This document shows positions 18,320-28,000 of a stretch of 64,000 nt of DNA, piece after piece. Position 1 is the stretch's first letter. Each line of letters starts with the position of its first letter. The notes under the pieces are model-generated. The model ran no database searches. It was given only the letters and a program-made list of their open reading frames with translations, and was not told where the DNA came from. A program made the translations under genes and the position numbers. This DNA is from an uncultured bacterium (GTDB taxonomy: Bacteria; Patescibacteriota; JACMRA01). Location: NCBI GenBank assembly GCA_963704645.1, contig OY969926.1:1184001-1248000 (forward strand), in the 5' to 3' direction.

Positions 18320-19771
18320 ATGAACGTAAATAATTTTGGAAACAAATTTCACCAAATAATTAAACTGAGCATTGTGTTTTTATTGTCCACATTTGCTTTT
18401 AGTTTTTCAGTATTTCCAGTAAAAGCAGTTACCGCAACTATAGATTACAGCAATTTAGGCGACGCAAGTTGTTATTACACAGAAGGCAATGAGGCAGGTG
18501 CTTTAATTTATTGTGTATTTCCCCTAACTGGAGCAGATAGTTATGCTATGCCAAACAGCATTGTTGTATCTTTAGCTGGAAGCAACGCTACAAGTAGCAG
18601 CTGTTTTATATTAAACAATAGTTTGTACTGCAACTCTATACCAACAGCTGGCATTTCCAGTTCCGGCCAGAAAAATATTAATGTTGTAATAAATAATAGT
18701 GGCAATGCTACAAAAGGCTTCGCTAATATTTTAGCTCCATTTGGTCCATGGACACCAAGTACAATGACAACCAACAATGCGATTGAACAAATATATTTTT
18801 CTGGAACTAATAAACTTTACCAGTCAGTTCGTGGCTTAGATAACAAGCTCTATACTAGATCTGCTGAAGGTACGGATAGTTTTTCTAGTTGGAACATTGG
18901 AACCACAGGAATAACCATAAAAGCCGAGCCAAGCATGGTAGTTTTTAACAACTTACTTTACCAGTCAGTTTGGGGAACAGATAACCTTAGCTATACAAGA
19001 TATTTTGACGGAACAACATGGACTGGTTGGAGAGAAGGAAATGGAATTACTTTAAAAAGTAAACCTTCTTTAGCAGTTTTTGATGGAAAAGTTTGGTTAG
19101 TTGGGCACGGTACAGATGACAGACTTTATACAAGAACTATTCTAAGCGACAATGTAACTTGGGGAAATTGGGTGGAAGGAAATGGAATTACTTTAAAAAC
19201 TGAAGCTATTTTAGCAGTTGCTCAAGACGGGCTTTTATACCAAGTGGGTTACGGAACAGATAATGCAATTTATGTTAGAACTTACGCATCAGGTGGAACA
19301 AGTCCAAATTACCAAACAACTCCAACTGCTTGGCTTAGACACGGAGACATTACTCTTGGAAACAAGCCTAGACTGGTCACAAATTTTGGAAACAAAGTAA
19401 TTGCCGTAGCCCGTGGTACCGATAGCGGTTTGTATATTACTACAGATTTAAGTTCTACACCAAATTGGCAAAGACTAAGTAAAGCAGGTGGCTTCAACGT
19501 TTTATCTAGCCCGGACGCTATTGTTTTTTCTGGAATATTAAATATTTCTACACGTGGATCGGATACTAATTTATATACCGCATTAAACCCGTACAACCCA
19601 ACTACAACCCTAAATTCAATTTTAGCTGGTTTCCAACCTTCTAATAACCCATGGAAAAACGCAGATGGAATTACAACCATAAGCAGCCCAACCAGCACAA
19701 TTTTTGGCAATAAAGTATACCAAACAGTAGCAGGCTCCGACAACAAAGTATGGACCAGAATTAGAGTGTAA
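18320..19771 (+). CDS. Secreted protein: 4-Cys domain plus PLL/fucose-lectin-like beta-propeller repeats
   Basis: Signal peptide (VKA-V) and repeats of the type GITLKS.PS..VF..KLYQ.V.GTDN.LYTR..W..W. Confidence 0.7.
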   Translation: MNVNNFGNKFHQIIKLSIVFLLSTFAFSFSVFPVKAVTATIDYSNLGDASCYYTEGNEAGALIYCVFPLTGADSYAMPNSIVVSLAGSNATSSSCFILNNSLYCNSIPTAGISSSGQKNINVVINNSGNATKGFANILAPFGPWTPSTMTTNNAIEQIYFSGTNKLYQSVRGLDNKLYTRSAEGTDSFSSWNIGTTGITIKAEPSMVVFNNLLYQSVWGTDNLSYTRYFDGTTWTGWREGNGITLKSKPSLAVFDGKVWLVGHGTDDRLYTRTILSDNVTWGNWVEGNGITLKTEAILAVAQDGLLYQVGYGTDNAIYVRTYASGGTSPNYQTTPTAWLRHGDITLGNKPRLVTNFGNKVIAVARGTDSGLYITTDLSSTPNWQRLSKAGGFNVLSSPDAIVFSGILNISTRGSDTNLYTALNPYNPTTTLNSILAGFQPSNNPWKNADGITTISSPTSTIFGNKVYQTVAGSDNKVWTRIRV

Positions 19772-19775
19772 TGTT

Positions 19776-19919
19776 GTAGAGGCGAGCCCGTCTCGCCACC
19801 CAAAATACAATTGAGAAATTTCGTAGGGGCGATCCCCGGTCGCCTTCCCCAGCCACAATACGTTTTAAACATAAAAATACAAAATCATAAAAACATGTAG
19901 AGGAAAGCTCCTGTTTTCC
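19776..19919 (+). repeat. Cluster of three GTAG-type REP hairpins
   Basis: GTAG-A-GGCGAG-cccgt-CTCGCC (19776-19797); GTAG-G-GGCGAT-ccccg-GTCGCC (19823-19844); GTAG-A-GGAAAGC-tcct-GTTTTCC (19897-19919). Confidence 0.7.
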
Positions 19920-20014
19920 ATTTATCACTGGAATTATAGAATTTTTCAATATACAAGGGGAATTCTTGCTGTTTCAACTGGATATAATTTTAAAATTTAT
20001 GCCCAATAATAGAG

Positions 20015-20032
20015 CCCTCTGTTACCAGAGGG
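20015..20032 (-). terminator. Hairpin downstream of the 20058-20450 gene, possible terminator
   Basis: CCCTCTG-ttac-CAGAGGG, about 25 nt past the stop, with a weak U tract. Confidence 0.5.
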
Positions 20033-20057
20033 AATGTTTGTAATATTTTATATGACA

Positions 20058-20450
20058 CTACTGTAAGATAGTAAAACTAAAGAACGGCGCAACAAATTTA
20101 TTGTACCAAGCCAAAGTTGGAGCAACTCGACAGTTTTCAATATCAATTACAATATACCCATTTTCTTCAGCATCTGTGAACGCATCTTTTCCACTGGTCT
20201 GAACGGCAACATATGCAATCCAGCTAGAGCGTTGTTCAGCTATATCTACTGGGTAATCTTGCTCTTGACTTGTCAAAACTGACCATTCTCCGCGGTGAAT
20301 TGCCTGCTGTATAAAATACTGAGACAATTGTGCAATCACACCTGAACCAGTTGCAGCAACAAACCAAGAAAGCCCTTCCTGACTAAGTGATTCCATTGGG
20401 ATTTGAGCCTCAGGATGTAACATTAAGCCATCATATTCTCCAGCGTTCAT
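20058..20450 (-). CDS. Hypothetical protein
   Basis: 130-aa ATG ORF filling the intergenic space, with a downstream hairpin. Confidence 0.6.
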   Translation of the reverse strand: MNAGEYDGLMLHPEAQIPMESLSQEGLSWFVAATGSGVIAQLSQYFIQQAIHRGEWSVLTSQEQDYPVDIAEQRSSWIAYVAVQTSGKDAFTDAEENGYIVIDIENCRVAPTLAWYNKFVAPFFSFTILQ

Positions 20451-20597
20451 ATTTTCTCGAACGTTTTTAGTTTAAAATGTAGCAGTATTTTGCTAATTCC
20501 TAGTTAAGCATAAAAAAACCTAATACACAAGTGTTGACCTAATGGACTATTGTTAGACTTTGTCATAATTAGCACTATTTATTTTTTTACACCACCC

Positions 20598-21047
20598 CTA
20601 CCCCAAATAATATTCCAAGATAGTCTTAGCCGACAAAGCATGTAAAGAATTCGAAGCAATTTTTTTGGCAGGTGATGTAATTCCCCTACTTGGCCTAAGT
20701 CCTATACTACTTTTACTGGAAGTTACCTCCGGTTTAAAACCCAACAAACTTTGCTGACTGCTTGAACGTTCGTTAAACAAAACTACTTCAATTTCTGGAT
20801 AATCTGAACTAAGTTTTCTAGCAAAAGACTCTACTTTGTCTGTTATTTCTGTTGGTTGAAGTTTAAAATTTACTGGCCTTCCTACAACAAACTTACTTAC
20901 TTGGTATTTCAACAATAACTCTTTTAATTCCGAATAAAAATCTTTTTCTAAAACTGATTTATAAGGAATTGCTAATTTGGTTTGTGAATCTGCTATGGCA
21001 ATACCAACCCATTTACTTCCCCAATCTATACCAACTAAATTAAACAT
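20598..21047 (-). CDS. ruvX: Holliday junction resolvase-like / pre-16S rRNA nuclease RuvX (YqgF)
   Basis: LVGIDWGSKWVGIAIAD, FVVGRP, FNERSSS, ALSAKTILEYYL. Confidence 0.9.
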   Translation of the reverse strand: MFNLVGIDWGSKWVGIAIADSQTKLAIPYKSVLEKDFYSELKELLLKYQVSKFVVGRPVNFKLQPTEITDKVESFARKLSSDYPEIEVVLFNERSSSQQSLLGFKPEVTSSKSSIGLRPSRGITSPAKKIASNSLHALSAKTILEYYLG

Positions 21048-21168
21048 AAAAAAAAATTAATTGAAAATGATGATTCTAAATGCTTAACTAGATCAATACC
21101 CCTGATAAGGGGTGAAACCGATAGGCCTCGAGGTAGCAAAAGAAATCCTCTCAACAAAAAAGGACTTG

Positions 21169-21759
21169 TTAGTCCATGTATTTTGGTGTGAAAGGCATTA
21201 AAGCCATGTGTCTGGCACGCTTAATTGCTACAGTAATTTTTCTTTGGAATTTTGCTGAGTTTCCTGTTCTTGTTCTTCCAAAAATTTTAGCGTAAGGAGA
21301 AGTAAACTGGTTCAAGAAATCTACGTTTTTGTAATCTATAACACGTAAACCTAAGTATTTAGAAATATCTTTCTTTCCAGCTTTACCTTTGTTTAAATCA
21401 CGGTGTGATTGTACTTCGGCTTTCTCATTTCTAACTTCTTTAGATTGTTGCTTAATAAAATCGGTTTGGTTTACAATAATGTATCTAATTACTTCGTCTT
21501 GCAAGTTTAATTTTCTTTCAACTTCTTGTAATCTTGGTAAAACTTCTTTGTCTAAATCAAAATTAATTAATACGTAAAAACCAGATAAATGTTTTTCTAT
21601 AGGATAAGCTAAACGAGCTAAACCTTGCTTGGCTACAGTTAATTCGGAGGCTTGTAAACCTGTAGTCAAAAAATCTGTAAGAGTGTTAATTTGTGTATCA
21701 ACCTGTTCAACAGTAAGTTCAGGGTTAAGAACTAAATAAATTTCGTAATTTTGCTTCAT
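21169..21759 (-). CDS. rpsF-rpsR: Fused 30S ribosomal proteins bS6-bS18
   Basis: N-terminal S6 ([41 protein letters not shown]) is joined in frame to S18 ([50 protein letters not shown]). Confidence 0.93.
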   Translation of the reverse strand: MKQNYEIYLVLNPELTVEQVDTQINTLTDFLTTGLQASELTVAKQGLARLAYPIEKHLSGFYVLINFDLDKEVLPRLQEVERKLNLQDEVIRYIIVNQTDFIKQQSKEVRNEKAEVQSHRDLNKGKAGKKDISKYLGLRVIDYKNVDFLNQFTSPYAKIFGRTRTGNSAKFQRKITVAIKRARHMALMPFTPKYMD

Positions 21760-21783
21760 ATTAAGACAAATGCTAATGTATTA

Positions 21784-21813
21784 AACATAGTTCAACCAAA
21801 GCTTTTTTGTCAA
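21784..21813 (-). promoter_or_regulatory. Putative sigma70 promoter of rpsF-rpsR
   Basis: TTGACA (21813-21808), 18 nt spacer, TATGTT (21789-21784). Confidence 0.5.
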
Positions 21814-22034
21814 GAAGATCTTGCAAGGAGGTTACATTGGGTTGGCTGGTAAAAATGACAGTGTGCAAAAATGCACTATCTTAATGTTACCGTTTTGTTA
21901 ATTTATAATTATCTACCAACCCTTTATTAACCACCATTCAACCTATCAAATGGTAAATTATAATATATAGATCATTAGAGGATTGATTTTTTAGAGTAAT
22001 CTAATTTTTAATCTCTAAACCAAATTCCTCTATT

Positions 22035-25000
22035 TTATATATCCAACTCAATTTTCTTTTTCTTGCTCTGTCTATACAAAAATACTATCATGACAACCAA
22101 GACACTTAAACCAACTTGTGCAGCTGTTTCACCACCCGTTCTAACAAGAATGTTTTGGGGAGGTACATTAGGAGTAATTTCAACCCTAGCACTGGTCGAG
22201 GCAATAGACTGATTAGTAATAGGATCTATAATGTCAGATGTTCCTTGAATACTATTTTGCAGACTGGCTTTTGGTAATACATCAAATACAACAGGAATAG
22301 TTTGGCCAGCTTGGGCATTAAGGATAGTTATCTTTAGGCTAGAAGAAGACAAGACCTGGAAACTAACTGTTGTTGCTGGTAGTGTTTGAGCATTTGCAGG
22401 AATAGAGAATAGAGAAGCTAACATACTTCCACTACCCTCCAAGAAGCTAAGATACTTAGTACCAACTATACTTCCCTCTCTAGCTGAACCAGATACAAAG
22501 TCTAGTTTAGTAGTATCTATGTTAATTATAGTTTCAATCTTATCTACAACAAAGTTATTAGGGTTTGTAATATCCGCTTGAATTTTTAATGGCTGGTTAA
22601 GCAGAATGTTTGCATCTTGTTTTTCTTTGTAGAGAGTTAACTGTATATTTTGAATTATCACTGGCAAAGCATTAACAGTTAAGTTAACAGTAGCAGTATT
22701 GCTTTCTCCGTCATTGTTACAAGCCTTGTATACAAACGAATCTGAACCAGTGAAGTTATTAGCTGGAGTATAGATAATTTTGCCATTTTGAATAACCAAA
22801 CTTCCTCCTGCAGTAGATTGTGATGCTGTAGGTGTTCCTCCATCTGCTGTGCTAAACAGTGAGTCAGCACAAATACTGGTAGCTAGCGTGTCGTTAGCTA
22901 GAACGTCAATAGTTGTTGGTGAATTAATGTCTAAGGTAGCAGCGTCATTAGTTGCTGCAGGCAGTAGCAAGGTTACAGTAATATTTACAGTAGCTTCGTT
23001 AGAGAAGTCTCCTTGGTTATCTTTAATCTTGTAGGTAAAGAAGTCAGTACTGCTTTCAGTGTATGAAGATGAAGTTGGGGTGTAAGTAACTTTTCCAAAA
23101 TCAGGACTACCAACTTCAGTGTTAACGCTAACTGTTCCTTTAGTTGGTTGAGTAACTATTATTACACTACCAAGGTCAAGAGTACCGTCGCCGTCTGTAT
23201 CGTTAGCAGCAACTTCTACCACTAGTACAGAGTATTTACCTCCACTAGCAGCGTCGTTATTAGCAACTGGTAACTGATTTGCTGGAGGAACAGTAATATT
23301 AATTGTAGCTGTAGCTGTGTTAGAAGAATGATTCTGTGTATCTCTAATAATGTAAGTGAAAGAGTCGGTCCCACTTACTGGGTAGGAAGATGAAGTTGGA
23401 GTGTAGGTTACTTTCCCTTCGTTAGGGTCACCTACTGCTGTGTTAACGCTAACTGTACCTTTAGTTGGCTGGGTAACTATTGTTACACTACCAAGGTCAA
23501 GAGGAGCAGAAGTAGCAGTATCGTTAGCCGCAACGTTAAGAACTGTAGTGCTGGAAACTAAGCCTGAGGCAGTGTCCGAATTAGCTACAGGGTCTACAAC
23601 TACATTAACCGTAACGGTAGCTTCGTTTGAAAAGTCTCCATCATTATCTTTAATTCTATAGGTGAAAGTGTCGGTGCCGTTTGCTATAAACAAAGCTGTG
23701 TTGGCTGTGTAGGTAATTCTTCCTGTAGTAGGGTTTACACTTACAGTTCCTTTAGCTGGGTTTTCTACAATAGCAACGGTGGTTAAGTCTAAAGAGCCAT
23801 CACTGTCTATATCATTAGCTGGAGAATTAATAACTACAGGGAAATTAGAAACAGTAGATGCCAATTCAGGGTTAGCTACAGGAGCAATGTTTGGTATTAC
23901 AGTTACATCTACAGTAGCAGTATTACTTGGATTACCAGCAGGATCACAGGCTGTATAAGTAAAGCTAGTATTGCCAGAATATCCAGGGGTTGGAGTGAAG
24001 ATAATTTGTTCAACTGTACCTATTACAGTTTTAGCTATAGTGCCGTTTGAATTGCTTACTGAAGATAGTGGCATGCAGATAGCAAGGTCTTGAGCAGAAG
24101 GATCACTATCGTTAGCTAGAACATCAATGGTTACAGAATTGTTTTGATCAGTGGTTACGGTATCGTTTACAGCTACTGGGTTTACTGGGGTTACAGTAAT
24201 GGTAACTGTAGTTTCAGAAGAAGGATTGGTTCCTGCTACAGTGCTACAGGCTGTGTAGGTAAGGGTGATGTTTCCAGTGTAGCCAGCAATAGGACTAAAG
24301 AATACATTATCTACAGCACCACTGCCACTTCCTACAGTTACAATTGTAGCGCTACCATTTGATGAAGTAGGAGAAGGAGACAAAGTGACTGGATCGATAA
24401 ACATGATCGAACCTGAGCAGATGTTAGTTGTATTAATGTCGTTAGTTAAAACAGGAATAGTAACTGATGTGAACTCTGGGGTAATTGCGGTGTCTGGTAT
24501 GGCTTCAGGCTGGTTTGGATTAATGGTTATGCTAGCTGTAGCAAAGCTGCTACTTCCATTTGGATTACAAGTTTTGTAAGTAAAAGAGTCAGAGCCTACA
24601 GAACTACTGTCTGGAGTGTAAGTAAAGCTTCTTTTATCTGCACTTAAAGTTAATATTCCTTTAGCTGGAGATGTGAAGTTATCTGCTCCAAAGTCACAGA
24701 CTGTGCTAGCAGCTAGATCGTTAGTTAAAACATCAATTACTACAGGTACTCCCTGGTTAGTAGTAGCAGTGTCATTAGCGGCTACTGGTGTATACAGTAC
24801 AGTTACTGTGGCTGAGTTAGATTCTAAAGTAGGACTGCCACTATCTTTAATTGTGTAGCCAAAGGTATCACTGAAGGGTGAAACGAAGGCTATGTTTGAA
24901 TTTGCATTTGGGGTATAAGTAACTTTTCCAAAATCAGAACTTGTTGAGGTGGTGTTTACACTTACTGTACCAGTAGCTGGTTGGGTTGTAATTACAATAC

Positions 25001-28000
25001 TAGCCTTGTCCAAATTAGCGTTGCCTTCAGCGTCTGTGTCGTTAGCTGACACATCTACATCTGCTGGGTTAAAGGCAGGAAGGGTTATTGTATCATTTAC
25101 AGCTACTGGCGGGGTGTTGTTTACGGTAATGGTTACTGTAGTAGTGCTACTTTCTCCATCGATGTTACAAGCTTTATAGGTAAAGGTATCTGTTCCTGTG
25201 TAGTTATTGTTTGGAGTGTAGGTTATTTGATTACCTGAAATTATAGCAGTTCCGTTTGGAGTTGTGGCTGGAACCGAACCTGTACAGATTGAAGTTGCGT
25301 TAGTGTCGTTAGCTAGAACATCTATAACTATTGCACTGTTTGAGTTTAAGGTTCCCGAGTCAGGGTTGGCTATTGGTAAAACTACTGTGATGCTTATTGT
25401 GACAGTAGCAATATTGGAATAATCTCCATCATTATCTTTAATTTTGTAGGTGAAGGTATCACTGCCTGAAGAAGGATAGGAGGAAGGAGTTGGGGTGTAG
25501 GTTGCCTCTCCAGTAACTGGATTAATATTTACTGTTCCTTTAGTTGGGACAGTTTCAATTGTTACAGAGGTTAAATCTAAATTACCGTCTGAATCTGTAT
25601 CGTTGCCAGTGACGTTGATAACAATAGGATTGTTTTTACTACCATCTGACGTATCATCATTAGCCACAGGAGCAATGTTTGGTATTACAGTTACATCTAC
25701 AGTAGCAGTATTACTTGGATTACCAGCAGGATCACAGGCTGTATAAGTAAAGCTAGTATTGCCAGAATATCCAGGGGTTGGAGTGAAGATAATTTGTTCA
25801 ACTGTACCTATTACAGTTTTAGCTATACTTCCATTAGATGGTGAGGATAGAGGAATACAAATTGTAAGAACCTGAGCAGAAGGATCACTATCGTTAGCTA
25901 GAACATCAATGGTTACAGAATTGTTTTGATCAGTGGTTACGGTATCGTTTACAGCTACTGGGTTTACTGGGGTTACAGTAATGGTAACTGTAGTTTCAGA
26001 AGAAGGATTGGTTCCTGCTACAGTGCTACAGGCTGTGTAGGTAAATGAAGTAGTTCCAAAGTAGCCTATGGTTGGAGTGAATAGTATTTTATCTACTGTG
26101 CTACCAGCTGTGCCTGAAGGTACAATAGTAGCTATACCATTTGCAGCGTTAGAACCTAAGTTAATAGAACCAACGCAGATATTGGTTGCGTTAGCGTCGT
26201 TAGCTAAAACGTCTATAGTAATAGGTGTTGATTCTGGGGTGGTTGAGGTGTCCGGGGTTGGTTGTAAGTCTAGAATACAAGTGAAAGCATTTTCAAGTGA
26301 AGCCGACTGACCATTACTATTGGAAACACTTACTGTTTGGGATAAACCGTTACTTGGTAAAGTTGTTGCAGTTAGTTGACCAGAAGAAATATATGTACCT
26401 TTTAGCTCTACTCCGCAGACAGTTACTGAGATATCATTAGGATTAAAATTAGTGTAGAAGCCATCTTGATCTCCCTCAGAAGTTATAGTAATACCTCCAA
26501 TTCCAACAGTATCAAAATATTCACCAGCAATATATAATTTTCCATTATATTCATAAACTGCTCTAACTTGATTACCGCCTACCCCTCCAATTGCTAATCG
26601 TCCTCCAGTTCCACCAATTCCATTTAGCTGAACTAGATTACCAGATGTGTCGTATTGTGCAAAGAAAGCATTAGTTCCAGCTCCTGTTATTTTCTTAATA
26701 CCGTCAGTTAAAGCACTGCTATACCCTCCTCCAATCCATATTCTATCATTTGAGTCAATGAACAAATCTCTGGAAGTTCCAAAACCTGGACTTGGAAGAG
26801 ATTTAACCCATTGGAAAACTCCAGTAGAGGTTAGTTTAGCTGTAAACACTGTCGCCCCAGTAAGAGAACCATTAACATCAATAGTTCCAAACCTTCCTAC
26901 GCTACCTCCAAAATATCCTGTTACATAAACATTTTCCGCAGAGTCTAATTTTATTCCATACGGTAAATCAGTATTTAGATTTATAGGTCCTACAGTACCA
27001 CCATTAACAGCCCAAACTTCATTACCTGAACTATTCAATTTTAATATAGCTATGTTACTAGAAGAACCAGTTCCATTACTAAAGTTAGATAGAGAATTTA
27101 AAGTAGTAGAGCCAAATGTAATAGATTGAGTATAACCCATTGTAGTATAGACGTTACCATTGGAATCAACTGTTAGACCATGCATTTCGCCGTTATCTCC
27201 ATTTGTGTCACTGGGACTAAGCATTGCAGAATAAGGGTAATGTTTAACCCATATATAATCACCATTAGGGCTTAATTTAGCTATAAAGAATTCACCAAAA
27301 GATGATGCAATGTTAAAACTAAAGTTTCCGAAAGTTGCTGTGCTTCCACTAACTTTTCCAGAGAAATATATATTTCCAGCGTCATCTACGTCTACGTTAG
27401 TTCCATTTTGTACAGGGAATTCTGTTCCAACATTGAAAATAGTATTTGCAGTACCTCCTCCCCCTTTAGCCCAAATAAACTCACCTGTTGTTTTATTAAT
27501 TTTTGCTATAAATACGTTTGATCCAACACTTCCTGTTAAAGTAGTAGAACCAAAAGTAGCAGTGCCAGAATAGTACCCAGCCACAACAATTGCGTTATCG
27601 GCTTCGTCGTTGCCCATAGATTGCTTCCTTGTAAAACCGTCTCTTGTACTTCCTCCAGCTTTGGTGGCCCATAGATAATTTCCAGCGCTATCAATTTTAG
27701 CAATATAAATATCTTGCTCTCCGCTACTAACTAGGGTTGTGAATCCTAAAGTTATTGTTCCTGTAAATTCTCCAGAAACATATTGGCCTGTGCTATCAAC
27801 CACCATACCTCTTATACCATCATAGTTTGTAGAGCCAATACTACTAATATCTTGGTATTGCCCTTCAACAAAATTAGCACCATTTACAGTTACGTTAGTT
27901 CCACCAGAAGCAGGGCCGTAGGTAGGACTAACCGAGCTAATAGACGGATTAGGAGTCAGTGCAGATGTCCAGTTAGCATTAAAGCCAGATAAATCCAGGT

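Noticed and set aside
19897-19915. GAGGAAAGCTCC resembling the RNase P RNA GAGGAAAGUCC motif
   Set aside because: The other RNase P conserved regions are absent, and the sequence is explained as a GTAG-REP hairpin.
19309-19949. Minus-strand ORFs over the lectin gene end and REP cluster
   Set aside because: Antisense to a real gene and running through REP hairpins.
21098-21140. CTGATAAG..GAAAC resembling a hammerhead ribozyme core
   Set aside because: It has CUGAUAA rather than CUGANGA, no stem II, and stem I cannot form.
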